The notes: generated by a model not told the origin, from the sequence alone. Shown: positions 24,826 through 37,844, counted from the first letter of the stretch. The stretch is DNA of 64,000 bases from Anaeromyxobacter sp. (GCA_049840735.1 JASGJN010000020.1:256001-320000), one strand, 5' to 3'. Numbers and translations are program-made.

Positions 24826-26788
24826 TCAGTACGGCGGCGTCGCCTCCTTGACCAGCACCGCCTCGAAGTCGGCGAGCGACATGGTCTTGAGGTCCTCGCC
24901 GCCGTGGCGACGCGGCGCGACGCCCTTGGCCTCGACCTCCTTCTCGCCGACGACCAGCGCGAAGGGGACCTTCTCCAGCTGCGCGTTGCGGATCTTCGCG
25001 CCCAGCTTGTCCGAGGACTCGTCCAGCTCCACGCGCCAGCCCTTGGCCTTGAGCTGCGCCGTGACCTCGCGGGCCCAGTCGTTGAAGCGGTCCGAGACCC
25101 GTCACCACGCGGGCCTGCACCGGCGCCAGCCAGGTCGGGAAGCTGCCGGCGTAGTGCTCGGTGAGGATGGCGATGAACCGCTCGAAGGAGCCGTAGACGG
25201 CGCGGTGGATCACCACCGGGCGGTGCTCCTTGTTGTCGTCGCCGACGTAGGTCAGGTCGAACCGCTCGGGCGCGGCGTAGTCGAGCTGGATGGTGCAGGT
25301 CTGCCACTCGCGGCCCAGCGAGTCGGTCACCGCGAAGTCGATCTTGGGGCCGTAGAACGCGCCGTCGCCGGCGTTGAGCGTCCAGGGCAGGCCGATCTTG
25401 TCCAGGGCCGCGCGGAGCGCCCCCTCGGCCTTGTCCCAGAGCGCGTCGTCGCCGATCCGGTCGGCCGGGTTGGGCGGGCGGGTGGAGAAGCGGAGCTTGA
25501 ACTCCAGCCCGAACGCGCCGTAGACGGTCCGGATCAGGTCCACGCAGCGCTCGACCTCGTCGGGGATCTGCGACTCCATCAGGTAGAGGTGCGCGTCGTC
25601 CTGCGCGAACTGCCGGACGCGGGTCAGGCCGCCCAGCGAGCCGGACAGCTCGTTCCGGTGCAGCACGTCCGAGGTGTAGTAGCGGATGGGCAGCTCGCGG
25701 TAGGAGCGCTTCTCCATCCGGTAGAGCAGGTGGTGCGACGGGCAGTTCATGGGCTTGAGGCTCATGTTGAGCCGCTCGTCCACGGGGAGCGCCGGGTCCG
25801 ACTCCTTGTCGAACACCAGGAACATGTTCTCGCGGTACACGCCCCAGTGGCCGCTCGTCTCCCAGAGCCGCTTGTTGAAGAGCAGCGGGGTCTTCACCTC
25901 GAGGTAGCCGCGCCCCGACACCAGGCGGCGCATGGCGGTCTGCAGCGTGTTGTAGAGGGTGGTCCCCTTGGGCAGCCAGAAGGCCGAGCCGGGCGCCACC
26001 TCGTGGAAGGCGAAGAGCTTCAGCGCCGGCCCCAGCCGGCGGTGATCGCGCTTCTTCACCTCTTCCAGCTTGGCCAGGTGGGCGTCGAGCGCCTTCTTGT
26101 CGAAGAAGGCGGTGCCGTAGATGCGCTGCAGCATCGCGTTCTTCGCGTCGCCGCGCCAGTAGGCGCCGGCCACGTTGAGCAGCTTCACCACGCCGATGCG
26201 GCCGGTGGAGGGGCCGTGCGGCCCGAGGCAGAAGTCGGTCCAGTCGCCGTGCTTGTAGAGCGTGAGGGTCTTCGCGCCCTTGGCGGCGATGTCCTTCACG
26301 ATCTCGACCTTGTACTTCTCGCCCAGCTTCTCGAAGAGCGCGATGGCGTCGTCCATCGCGATCTCGCTGCGCTCGAAGGGCTGGTCGGCCTTGATGGCCT
26401 CGGCGATGCCGGCCTCGATCTGCGCCAGGTCCTCGGGCGTGAAGGGCTTCTCGCGCGCGAAGTCGTAGTAGAAGCCGTCCTCGATCGACGGGCCGATGGT
26501 GACCTGGGTGCCCGGGTAGAGCTTCTGCACCACGCTGGCCAGGACGTGGGCGGCGTCGTGGCGCGCCACCTCGAGCGCCTCGGGGCTCTTGGTGGTCACC
26601 ACCTCGAGCGCGGCGTCGGCCTCGATCTTCCGGGAGAGGTCGACCGGCTGGCCGTCCAGCTTGGCCACGTAGGCCGCCTTGGCCAGGCCGGGCCCGATGG
26701 CGGTCTTCACGAAGTCGAGCACGGAGGTGCCGCGCGCGATCTCCTTGCTGCTGCCGTCGGGGAGGGTCACCTTGACGATGTCGGACAT
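24826..26788 (-). CDS. thrS: Threonyl-tRNA synthetase (frameshift near 25098)
   Basis: TGS domain, [24 protein letters not shown] and GAFYGPKID. The anticodon domain is in the shifted frame (24826-25032 ORF). Confidence 0.95.
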
Positions 26789-26810
26789 GGGGTATGCCTA
26801 GCTTCGGACG

Positions 26811-26841
26811 AAAAAAAAGGCCAGCCTGGTGGGCTGGCCTT
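26811..26841 (-). terminator. Intrinsic terminator after tRNA-Val
   Basis: Minus strand AGGCCAGCC-CACCA-GGCTGGCCT followed by a T run. Confidence 0.75.
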
Positions 26842-26866
26842 CTCCCGGGTGACGCCCGGTGAAATC

Positions 26867-26941
<75 letters not shown>

Positions 26942-26964
26942 GCGGCCGTTTCCGGCGAGGCGCG

Positions 26965-26992
26965 GTTATAGCCGAACGGCGATTCGTGTCAA
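26965..26992 (-). promoter_or_regulatory. sigma70 promoter for tRNA-Val
   Basis: TTGACA-16-TATAAC. Confidence 0.65.
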
Positions 26993-27018
26993 CGGATCGC
27001 TTCTGCGCCCGTCGTTTC

Positions 27019-27615
27019 TCACCCTACCCCTTCGCCCTCCCCCGCCCCGCGCACCGCCCGCGCGAAGAAGAGCGCGTACTGCGCCCAGGAGACCACCAGG
27101 CACTCCGCGGCCAGCAGCCCGAACGCGGCCGCGAAGGGCGCGGCGCCGGGCTCGCCGAACTCGGTGGCCAGCGCCAGCACCACGGTCGCGGCCAGGGCGA
27201 AGGTGGCGTACTTGCCGATCCGGGTGGGGGCCACCGGGATGCGGTGGTGCAGGCCGCGCAGCAGCGCCGCCCCGGCCAGCTGCGCGGAATCCCGCGCCAC
27301 CACCAGCGCCGGGAGCCAGGCCGGCAGCCGGCCGGTGGCCGCCAGCGCCATCAGCGCGCAGGCGGCCAGGAGCTTGTCGGCGATGGGGTCGAGGAACGCG
27401 CCCAGCCGCGTGTGCTGCCGCAGCGCGCGCGCCACCAGCCCGTCCAGCACGTCGGTGGCGGCGGCCAGCGCGAAGACCGCCAGCGCCCGCAGCCGGTCGC
27501 CCTGGAGGAAGAGCACCAGGAAGACCGGCGCCAGCACCAGCCGCGCCGCGGTGAGCGCGTTGGCCAGGTTCCAGGGGGACGGCTCGGCGCCCCCGGGCGC
27601 GGCGGCGGGGCTCAC
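27019..27615 (-). CDS. CDP-alcohol phosphatidyltransferase (PgsA-like)
   Basis: ANALTAAR and TDVLDGLVAR...GAFLDPIADK. Confidence 0.88.
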   Translation of the reverse strand: MSPAAAPGGAEPSPWNLANALTAARLVLAPVFLVLFLQGDRLRALAVFALAAATDVLDGLVARALRQHTRLGAFLDPIADKLLAACALMALAATGRLPAWLPALVVARDSAQLAGAALLRGLHHRIPVAPTRIGKYATFALAATVVLALATEFGEPGAAPFAAAFGLLAAECLVVSWAQYALFFARAVRGAGEGEGVG

Positions 27616-28674
27616 CGGAGCTGCACCTCCACCGCGTCCGGCCGCACCGTCCCCACCGTCACGGTGAACCCCTCCAGCCGGCGGGTGGCCAGCTCGGTGG
27701 CGAACGCCTCCGCCGTGCCGCTGATCGACACCGCCAGCTCCGCCCCGCCCGCGTCGAAGGCGCGGTCCTGCACCTCGCGCACCCCGCGGACGCCGCGCAG
27801 CGCGGCCTTGAAGGCGGAGAGCCGCGCGTAGTCGCCGGCGCCCGTCACCTTCACCGCCAGCCGCACCGGCGCGCCGGTCGCGGCCGGCCAGGCGCGCCCC
27901 ACCTGCGAGAGCACGGCCCGCGCCAGCGCCAGCCCCGCCTCCGCCTGCCCCTCGCGGTCGGCCTCCAGCGGCTCGAAGCCCCGCCCCGGCGCCCCGGTGG
28001 CCTCGAGCTGCGCCAGCCGCTGCCCGCCGGCCACCCGCACCGCCTGGCCGGAGACCGACACCGTGACCTGGTGGAGCGCCCCGCCCGCCGCCGGCAGCGC
28101 GGGGCCGGGGCGCGGCGTGGCCCTCACCTCGACGCGCACCTCCGGGCCCGGCGCGCCGGCGGGCGCGTCCTCCTCCAGCACCTCGAAGCCGGAGCGGCGC
28201 AGCCGCTCGGCGCAGGCGGGCGCCAGCGCGCCGGTCACGGCGCCGGCCGGCGCCCCCGGGAGCGGCACCTCCTTCACCCGCAGCACCAGCCGCGGCAGGC
28301 CCGCGCGACGGTGGGCGATGCCGGCCGCCAGCAGGTCGTCGGCCAGCGTCCCCTCGGCCACGTCGCAGCGCGCCCGCACCAGCCAGGCCGCCCCGTCCTG
28401 CCGGTCCTCCAGGAGCTGCAGCCGCCGCACGTAGCCGCCGGGCCGGGCCAGGATCCGCTCGGAGAGCAGCTGCGCCTGGTCGGGCGCGGTGGCGGCGGTG
28501 GCCAGCCCGCCGGCCACCTGCGAGACGCAGGCGCGCACGGCCGCGGCGGTGGCCTGCTCGCGGGCCTGCGGCGCGTCGGTGGCCGAGGCCAGCGGGGCGC
28601 GGCCGGCCGCCTCCACTGTGGTGAGCGCGTCGGGGGCGGCGGAGACCAGGGCGGCGAGGAGCAACGAGAATCAT
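27612..28674 (-). CDS. Secreted hypothetical protein, possibly with a FlgT-N-like domain (frameshift just after the ATG)
   Basis: Removing one T from ATGATTCTCG gives ATG ATC TCG TTG, in frame with the 350-aa ORF. The N-terminus looks like a signal peptide. Confidence 0.55.
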
Positions 28675-28691
28675 GGCGGAGGCTCGGCAGG

Positions 28692-29450
28692 TCAAGCCCG
28701 GTCGCGCAGCGCGCGCAGGGTCACGAAGCGCTCGGCGGGCGAGGCTGCGGCGGGGTCGGCGCGGCGGAGCGCGCCGGCGACGCCGGGCGCGTCCAGCCGC
28801 AGGAAGGGGTTCTGGGCGCGCTCGTCACCCAGCGTGGAGGCGGCCGGCTCCTGCCCGGCGGCCCGCGCCCGCTCCGCCGCGGCCAGGCGCGCCGGCACCG
28901 CGCCGCCCGGCTCCAGCGCCTGCGCGAAGCCGGCGTTGGCGGCCAGGTAGTCGTGGCCGGGGTGGACCTCTAGCCCGCCGGGCAAGGGCGCGATCACCTC
29001 GAGGAAGGTCCGGGCCAGGCGCGCCGGATCGCCGCCGTGGCGGCAGTTGCCGCAGCCGAGCCAGAAGAGCGTGTCGCCGGTGAGGAGCCGCCCCTGCCAC
29101 TCCAGCAGCACCGAGCCGGGCGTGTGGCCGGGCGCGGCGTGCACGCGCAGCGCGAGCCGGCCCAGCGGGAGCCCGGATCGTCCGGCCAGGTCCTCGTCCG
29201 GCGCGAACAGCGCGCCGTCGGCGCCGTGGCCCAGCACGCGCGCGCCGGTGGCCGCCCGCAGCGCGGCGCTGCCGCCGCTGTGGTCGGCGTGACCGTGGGT
29301 GTGGAGGATCCAGCGCGGCGCCACGCCGTGCGCCGCCGCCAGCGCCTGCGCCACCTCCGGATCGCCGGGGTCGACCCAGGCTGCGTCGGGGCCGTCCGCC
29401 AGCAGGTAGACATAGTTGTCCCGGCGGTAGCGCCTGCGGTCGAAGATCAA
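28692..29450 (-). CDS. gloB: Hydroxyacylglutathione hydrolase (glyoxalase II-like, MBL fold)
   Basis: DNYVYLL, THGHADH, GHT, TGDTLF, GHDY and NPFLR. Confidence 0.8.
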   Translation of the reverse strand: MIFDRRRYRRDNYVYLLADGPDAAWVDPGDPEVAQALAAAHGVAPRWILHTHGHADHSGGSAALRAATGARVLGHGADGALFAPDEDLAGRSGLPLGRLALRVHAAPGHTPGSVLLEWQGRLLTGDTLFWLGCGNCRHGGDPARLARTFLEVIAPLPGGLEVHPGHDYLAANAGFAQALEPGGAVPARLAAAERARAAGQEPAASTLGDERAQNPFLRLDAPGVAGALRRADPAAASPAERFVTLRALRDRA

Positions 29451-29461
29451 CGCGCTCTCCC

Positions 29462-29860
29462 TCAGAGGTCGTGCGGGTAGTGCGTGAGGCCGACCCGGTT
29501 CCCCTCCGGATCATGGAAGTAGATGGTCCAGCGGGTGCGGTGCACCACCTGCACCCCTTCGGCCTCGAGCCGGTCCTCCCAGCGGCGCCGCTCCTGCGGC
29601 GCGATCTGCAGCGCCACCAGGTGCAGCCCCGGCCGCCCGTCGCGCCAGGGGCGCTGCTCCGGCTGCTCGTCCGCGCGCTCCAGGGCCAGGAAGCCGCCCG
29701 CCTCCCCCTCCCCCACCGACAGCCAGACGCTCCGGTCGCCACCCTCCTCGCGCGGCCAGCGGCGGAGCACCGGGAGCCCCAGCACCTCGCGGTAGAACCG
29801 CTCGCAGCGGTCCAGATCCGCGCACTGGATGGCGAGGTGGTGGAAGGCGAGCGCGGGCAC
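29462..29860 (-). CDS. VOC/glyoxalase family protein
   Basis: HHLAI...FYREVLG and YFHDPEGN. Confidence 0.85.
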   Translation of the reverse strand: MPALAFHHLAIQCADLDRCERFYREVLGLPVLRRWPREEGGDRSVWLSVGEGEAGGFLALERADEQPEQRPWRDGRPGLHLVALQIAPQERRRWEDRLEAEGVQVVHRTRWTIYFHDPEGNRVGLTHYPHDL

Positions 29861-29923
29861 GTGCCGAGGTTACCCTCGCGACGCCGGCACGCGCCAGCCC
29901 GCGCCGTGGTACGTTCCCGCACC

Positions 29924-31262
29924 GTGACCGCGCCCCTCTCCGGCAAGCGCCTGCTGGTCGTCGCCGAGGACCCGGCCCTGGCCGAGCTCGTGGCCGGCGC
30001 CCTGCGCCGCCTGGAGGGCAAGGTGGCCCAGGTCGGGTCGGCGCAGGCGGCGCTGCAGGCCCTGGTGGCCACCACGCCGGACGCGGCGGTGCTGGAGCTG
30101 CCGCTGGCCGACGCCGCCACCGCCGCCGTGCTGGAGGGGTTCCGGCGCAGCCGCGTCCCGTGCGTGACGGTCTCCCGGCGTGTACCGCGGGACCCGGGCC
30201 GCCACCGAGCTGCGGCGGATGGGCGCGGCCGACCACCTGGAGAAGCCCTTCGCCCTGGACGCGCTGGTGGCGGCGGTGGGGAACCTGCTGGGCGCCCCGA
30301 CGGCGCCGCCGGAGGGCGAGGCCCCGGACGAGGTGACCGGGTCCCTGCCGCTCATGTCCGACGAGGCCGACGCGCTCCGCCAGGCCCACGCCGACCGCCC
30401 CATCGTGGCGCCCGCCTTCCCGCCGCTGGAGGAGCCCTCGACGACCGTGCTGGCCGCGCGCGAGGGGCTGGCGGCGCCGCTGCCGCACGCCATCACGGGC
30501 CGCCCGGCGGAGTGGGACGTGCCGCCGCCGCCCACCGGCGAGCTGGCCACCACCGCGATGCCGCGGCTGCTGGTGGCCCTCCACGTGGGCCAGGCCACCG
30601 GGGCGCTGACGCTGACCCGCGGCCCGGTCCGCAAGATCGTGGTGGTGGAGCGCGGCGCGCCGGTCTACGCCGCCTCCAACATCGGCACCGAGCGGCTGGC
30701 CGGGCTGGCCATCCGCCGCGGCGTGGTGGGCGCCGACGAGCTGGAGCGGCTGCGCAAGGCGGCCGGGCCGGACGCGCGCACCCGCGACCTCCTGCTGCAG
30801 GCGCAGAAGCTCACGCCGGCCACGCTCAACGACCTCCTCGCCGTGCAGGTGCGCGCCATCGCCTGGTCCACCTTCGAGTGGCGCGAGGGGGCCGTCTACC
30901 AGTTCGAGGCCGGGCGTCCGCCCGCCGTCCGCGTGCCGCTCCGGCTGGAGGTCGGGCAGCTGGTGCTGGACGGCATGCGCCGCACCGCCACGGTGGAGCG
31001 GGTGCGGGCCGAGCTCCTGCCCGACACCCACCTGGCGCCCTCGCCGGATCCGGCGGTCGAGCTGTTCGCGCTGCGCCTGCGGCCGGAGGAGGCCCACCTC
31101 CTCACGCTGGCCGACGGCACCAAGAGCGCGGCCGACCTGGCGCGCCTCTCCGAGCTGTCGGAGCGGGAGGCGCTCGCCTTCCTGCACGCGTGCCGCACGC
31201 TGCGCGTGCTGGACGAGGTGCGGCGGGTGATGGCCTCGAGCCGGCGCGTCGGCTTCATGTAG
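29924..31262 (+). CDS. Atypical receiver domain plus DUF4388-like protein (frameshift near 30174)
   Basis: Receiver fold (LLVVAED, AAVLE with Glu at the phospho-Asp site, KPF), then ATGALTL...GAPVYAASN...FEWREG. Confidence 0.7.
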
Positions 31263-31388
31263 GCAGGCGCGCAGCCCTGCGGCAGGCCGCCTCCCTCCCC
31301 CATTCCAGGGACGGCCGGATCCGGTGGTGCTTGCAGGATCGGGGCCGGAACGACTATACGTCCCCGCCTTTAGAGCACCTGGAGCCCC

Positions 31389-33237
<1,849 letters not shown>

Positions 33238-33511
33238 CCTCGGCGCTCCCTCCGCAGCACCGCGCGGCCGCCCTCCGGGGCGGCCGTGGCGCTTCGGGGG
33301 CCCACTTGATTCGGGCGGAAATGGTCACGGGCCTCTCTTCGCCCTGGACCGGGTGCGCGCACGCTGCACCACCGCCACGGCCCCTTGCCTCCCTCGTCCC
33401 CAGCCCCCACCTCCGTTCGACGCCTCCGGTCCGCGTCCGGCGCGGGGGCAGGGCCTCCCCCGCGCCCTGCAACGCCGGCAGGGGCGAGGCGGGCCCGCGG
33501 TATAAGCTGGC

Positions 33512-34438
33512 GTGGCCCACACCCCGGCACCCGCGCCGCCTGACGCCCGCCCCCGCGCCGTCGCTGCCGTCCTCGGCGCCGCCGCGCTCTTTGGGACGAC
33601 CGGCACGGCCCAGGCGCTCGGCCCGAACTCGGCGACCGCGCTGGGCATCGGCTCGGTCCGACTGCTGGTCGGCGCGATCGGCCTCGCAGCGCTGGCCACC
33701 CTGCAGCGCCCCGCGGCTCCTCGCGCCTGGGCGCGCCACCTCCCCGCCCTGCTGGTCGGTGGCCTCGCCGTCGCCACCTATCAGCTGGCCTGGTTCGCCG
33801 GGCTGCGCCGCGCCGGCGTCGCGCTGGGCACCATCGTGGGCATCGGCAGCGGCCCGGTCTTCGCCGGGCTCATCCACCTGGCGCTGGAGCGCCGCCACCT
33901 CTCCCGCGCCTGGCTGGGCGGGACCCTGCTCACGGTCGCCGGCGCCGCGCTGCTGGCCCTCCGCGGCGCCGACGGCGGGCGCGCCGACCCGGTCGGCCTG
34001 GCCGCGATGCTGGGAGCCGGGCTGAGCTACGCCGTCTACGCCCAGGCGGCCAAGCACGCCATGGACCGCGGCCTGGACGCCACCGGCGCCATGGCCGGCG
34101 TCTTCGTCGCCGGCGCGGTGCTGCTCTCGCCCCTGCTCGCCATCGAGCCGCTGGGCTGGCTCGCCTCCGCGCCTGGCCTCGCGCTGGCCCTGCACCTCGG
34201 GCTCATGACCGTCTGCCTCGCCTACTGGCTCTACGGCCTCGGGCTGCGCGCGCTGCCGGTGCCCACGGTGGTGACGCTCACCCTGGCGGAGCCGCTGACC
34301 GCGGCGCTCCTGGGCGTGCTGCTGCTGGGCGAGCGGCTGGGGCCGGCCGGCTGGCTGGGCGGCGCGGCGGTGGCGGCTGGGCTCGCGGCCGCCGGGCGCG
34401 GCGAGGAGCCCGGAGAGCCGCCGCCGGCGGGGGCGTAG
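33512..34438 (+). CDS. EamA/DMT family transporter
   Basis: About 10 hydrophobic segments, LFGTTGTAQ and LAEPLTAALLG. Confidence 0.85.
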   Translation: MAHTPAPAPPDARPRAVAAVLGAAALFGTTGTAQALGPNSATALGIGSVRLLVGAIGLAALATLQRPAAPRAWARHLPALLVGGLAVATYQLAWFAGLRRAGVALGTIVGIGSGPVFAGLIHLALERRHLSRAWLGGTLLTVAGAALLALRGADGGRADPVGLAAMLGAGLSYAVYAQAAKHAMDRGLDATGAMAGVFVAGAVLLSPLLAIEPLGWLASAPGLALALHLGLMTVCLAYWLYGLGLRALPVPTVVTLTLAEPLTAALLGVLLLGERLGPAGWLGGAAVAAGLAAAGRGEEPGEPPPAGA

Positions 34439-34513
34439 CGGGCACCCGAAACGCAGACGCGCCGCCCGTCTCCGGGCGGCGCGTCGCGCTTCGCGGCTGG
34501 TCCGACGGTCCGG

Positions 34514-35224
34514 CTAGACCTTCGGCTTGGCGCGCTCGCGGACTTCCTGCTTCTGCTTGGCCCGCGGCTGGCCCTTGGCGGCCGTGTTCACGAAGAGCAG
34601 GCCGTCGGCGTGGCCGGGGACGGCGCCGCTCACCAGGATCACGTTGGTCTCGGGCTCGATGCCGACCACCGTGAGGTTCTGGATGGTGACGTTGTCCGTG
34701 CCGTAGTGGCCGGGCATGTGCTTGCCCTTCCACACCTTGCCCGGCGTCTTGCGCTGTCCGATGGCGCCGATGTGACGGTGGTGCTCGTGGGCGGTGGACG
34801 AGTCGCGCGCGGCGCCCTTCATCCCCCACTTCTTGAAGACGCCGGCGAAGCCGCGGCCCTTGGTGACGCCGGCCACGTCGATGCGCTGGTTGGCCTTGAA
34901 GACCTTGTCCACGGTGAGGACGTCACCCGCCTTCAGGTCGCCCAGGAGCTTGGCGTCCTTGACGCGGATCTCCTTCACGTGACGGAAGATGCCGGTGCCG
35001 GCCTTCTTGAAGACGCCGACCTCGGCCTTCGTGAGCCGGTGCGCGTGCTTTTCGTCGATCGCGCCGTAGCCGATCACGACGGCGTCGTAGCCGTCCTGCG
35101 CCGCCGTCTTCCGGCGGATCACCGTGCAGGGGCCAGCCTCCAGCACCGTGACGGCGACGGCGTCGCCCTCCGGCGTGAAGATCTGGGTCATACCAACCTT
35201 CTTCGCGAGCAATCCGGTCGCCAT
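34514..35224 (-). CDS. rplC: 50S ribosomal protein L3
   Basis: KKVGMTQIF, DGYDAV, TKGRGFAG, KGKHMPGHYG and GAVPG. Confidence 0.95.
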   Translation of the reverse strand: MATGLLAKKVGMTQIFTPEGDAVAVTVLEAGPCTVIRRKTAAQDGYDAVVIGYGAIDEKHAHRLTKAEVGVFKKAGTGIFRHVKEIRVKDAKLLGDLKAGDVLTVDKVFKANQRIDVAGVTKGRGFAGVFKKWGMKGAARDSSTAHEHHRHIGAIGQRKTPGKVWKGKHMPGHYGTDNVTIQNLTVVGIEPETNVILVSGAVPGHADGLLFVNTAAKGQPRAKQKQEVRERAKPKV

Positions 35225-35291
35225 GTTCACCTCGCAGCGGTCCGCCGCGCGACGTGAAGGCCGCGGAGGACGTGCCGTTGGAAAGGGGGGC

Positions 35292-35320
35292 GTTCTACCC
35301 AGCCGGGAGCCGGGTGTCAA
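35292..35320 (-). promoter_or_regulatory. sigma70 promoter for rplC
   Basis: TTGACA-17-TAGAAC. Confidence 0.6.
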
Positions 35321-35346
35321 GGGAAGTCCCGGACGCCACGGGGGAT

Positions 35347-35727
35347 TCAGCCCGGGAGCTGCTCCCCGGTCATGTGGGAGACCTGCGCCAGCAGGTCGTC
35401 GATGTCGAAGGGCTTGGCCAGGTAGCCGGCCGCGCCTACCGCCGCGGCGCGCTGGGGGTTCCCGTCGGCCGAGATGACGACGATGGGCACATGTTGCCGC
35501 AGGGGGCGCTCGCGGAGCGCCTGGGAAAAGGCCAGCCCGTCCATCACCGGCATCATCAGGTCCAGCAGGATGACCGCCGGCTCCTCCTCCGAGACCCGGT
35601 CCAGCGCCTCGATGCCGTTCCGGGCCCGGGCGACGCGATACCCCTCGCCGTCCAGGATGTCGCAGATGGCCTCGAGGATGTCCGGGTCGTCATCGACGAC
35701 CAGCACCAGGGGCGGACGGGCGCTCAT
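35347..35727 (-). CDS. Single-domain response regulator
   Basis: VVDDD, LLDLMMP and KPF. Confidence 0.92.
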   Translation of the reverse strand: MSARPPLVLVVDDDPDILEAICDILDGEGYRVARARNGIEALDRVSEEEPAVILLDLMMPVMDGLAFSQALRERPLRQHVPIVVISADGNPQRAAAVGAAGYLAKPFDIDDLLAQVSHMTGEQLPG

Positions 35728-36467
35728 GGCGGGGCGACGGGAACCAGCGGCGGCTGGTCAGCCTCGGCGGACGGCACCGCCAGGACCAGCACCGCCCCGT
35801 CCAGCGCGAGCGTCCCTCCCAGCGCCTGCGCGGCGCGGCGCGCCAGCGGCAGGGAGAGCGACCGCCCCTTGGGATCGCCGGGGGAGCCCTTGCGCGGATC
35901 CTCCAGCGCGTCGGGCCCCGGCGGGTACCCCTCGAAGCGGAGCTCCGCCCGCCCGTCCCGCGTCCGCCCCATCACGCGGCCGGCGGTCCCCTCACGCCCG
36001 ATCACCGACACCAGCGCCTCCAGCGCCCGGTCCAGCAGCACGCGATCCGCCTGGACCAGCAGCCCGTCCTGCAGCTCGACCTCGACCGGCGGAGCGTCCG
36101 CCGGGCGGCGCGCGATCACCTCGTCCAGCACCTCGCGCAGCGTCATCGACTCCGGGCGCACCGGGATTCCCTGCGCATCCAGCCGTTCGCAGAGGAAGTG
36201 ATCCTCGATCAGCTGCCTGACCCGACCGAGGGAGCGCAGGCACATGGCGGTGAGCTTCTCGCCCCGGGCCCCGCCCCGCTCGGCGGCGGCCATCCGGGCC
36301 AGCAGCTCGGCCGACCAGAGCGCCGTGGAGAGCGGGTTCCGGACCTCGTGCGCGACGTAGCCCAGGTAGCCACCCCGCGGGTCCTGGGGCCGCGGATTGG
36401 GTGGACGCGACTCCTGCGGGCGCGCCGGCACCTGGCCCTGCTCTTCATCCGAGTGTTTTCCCGCCAT
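35724..36467 (-). CDS. Sensor-less histidine kinase-like protein with a degenerate ATPase domain
   Basis: H-box AHEVRNPLS is present, but N, G1 and G2 boxes are not recognisable. Confidence 0.65.
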   Translation of the reverse strand: MAGKHSDEEQGQVPARPQESRPPNPRPQDPRGGYLGYVAHEVRNPLSTALWSAELLARMAAAERGGARGEKLTAMCLRSLGRVRQLIEDHFLCERLDAQGIPVRPESMTLREVLDEVIARRPADAPPVEVELQDGLLVQADRVLLDRALEALVSVIGREGTAGRVMGRTRDGRAELRFEGYPPGPDALEDPRKGSPGDPKGRSLSLPLARRAAQALGGTLALDGAVLVLAVPSAEADQPPLVPVAPP

Positions 36468-36722
36468 GCGCCGGTACCCGATGCGGTGAAGAACAGGGGT
36501 GTCGCAGACAGATTGGGGAGACGAGCAACCATCCGCAAGTGGGTCGGGCGGACGCCCCGCCAGGGCTCCTGAAAAACATACAGCCAAAAAGGCCCGTGTT
36601 AGGGCCTTCCGGGCTCGTTCCTGTAATGCTTATAGCCCGCTGCGTCGTCCGCCACCGGATCTCGCTGCCCTCCAGACGTCCAAGCACCCGTATTCATTGA
36701 AACCAGGCGGGCAAGCCCCTCT

Positions 36723-36738
36723 CGGCATGTCGGTTGCT
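36723..36738 (+). promoter_or_regulatory. sigma54 (-24/-12) promoter for the RpoH-family sigma gene
   Basis: CGGCAT-GTCGG-TTGCT, about 50 nt before the start. Confidence 0.6.
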
Positions 36739-36790
36739 ATCCCTTCTCGTGTCGGGCTATCGCACCTCCGACGCCGCAGGAGGCACCAAC

Positions 36791-37717
36791 ATGATGAAGC
36801 GCCAGAGCACCCCGAGCACGTCCGGCTCCCTTGAGCTGTATCTCTCGGAGATCAACCGCTACCCGCTCCTCACCGTCGACGAGGAACAGCGGCTGGCGCG
36901 GCAGTACCGGGCCGACGGCGACACGCGGGCGGCGCACCGCCTCATCACCGCCAACCTCCGCTTCGTCGTGAAGGTCGCCTACGAGTACCGGTCGTACGGC
37001 TTCCGCATCGCCGACCTCATCCAGGAGGGCAACATCGGCCTGATGAAGTCGGTGCAGAAGTTCGATCCCGACAAGGGCATCCGGCTCATCTCGTACGCGG
37101 TCTGGTGGATCCGCGCGTACATCCAGAACTACATCCTCCGCTCCTGGTCGCTGGTGAAGCTCGGCACCACCCAGGCGCAGCGGAAGCTCTTCTTCTCGCT
37201 GGCCCGCACCAAGCGCGAGCTGGACAAGCTCTCGGTCGAGCACGGCGCCGACTCCGACGGCCAGGACGCCTCCAAGGTCGCCCGCAAGCTGCACGTGAAG
37301 CCCGCCGAGGTCCGCGAGATGGAGCAGCGGATGGAAGGGCGCGACATGTCGCTGGACGCGCCCATGGGCGACGACGGCGGCTACTCGCACATGGACTTCG
37401 TGGCCTCCGGCAGCGCGCAGCAGGACGACGAGCTGTCCGGCGCGCAGGAGCAGTCGCTCATGTCGGACAAGGTCCTGGTGGCCCTGGCCCGGCTCGACGC
37501 CCGCGAGCGCTACATCATCGAGCAGCGCGTGATGAGCGACCACCCGCTCACGCTCAAGGAGCTGGGCGAGCACTTCGGCTTCTCGCGCGAGCGCGCCCGC
37601 CAGCTGGAGATCCGCGCCAAGGACAAGCTCAAGCAGGAGCTGGTGGCGCTGGCCGTCGAGGTGGACTGGCCGACCGACGGCACGCCGGTCGACATCGACG
37701 ACCGGGCGCTGGCGTAG
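36791..37717 (+). CDS. RpoH (sigma32)-family sigma factor
   Basis: [19 protein letters not shown], RpoH box QRKLFFSL and SRERARQLE. Confidence 0.9.
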   Translation: MMKRQSTPSTSGSLELYLSEINRYPLLTVDEEQRLARQYRADGDTRAAHRLITANLRFVVKVAYEYRSYGFRIADLIQEGNIGLMKSVQKFDPDKGIRLISYAVWWIRAYIQNYILRSWSLVKLGTTQAQRKLFFSLARTKRELDKLSVEHGADSDGQDASKVARKLHVKPAEVREMEQRMEGRDMSLDAPMGDDGGYSHMDFVASGSAQQDDELSGAQEQSLMSDKVLVALARLDARERYIIEQRVMSDHPLTLKELGEHFGFSRERARQLEIRAKDKLKQELVALAVEVDWPTDGTPVDIDDRALA

Positions 37718-37844
37718 GCGCGCCTCGTCCCCGTCCTCCGACTCCGCCCGGCCTGCGGCGAGGCCACGCTCGAGGACGAGCGGAGCCGTCTGGCGGCAGC
37801 AGCGCAGGGCCGGCCCGGGTGCCCCTCACCCGGGCCGCGCCGCT

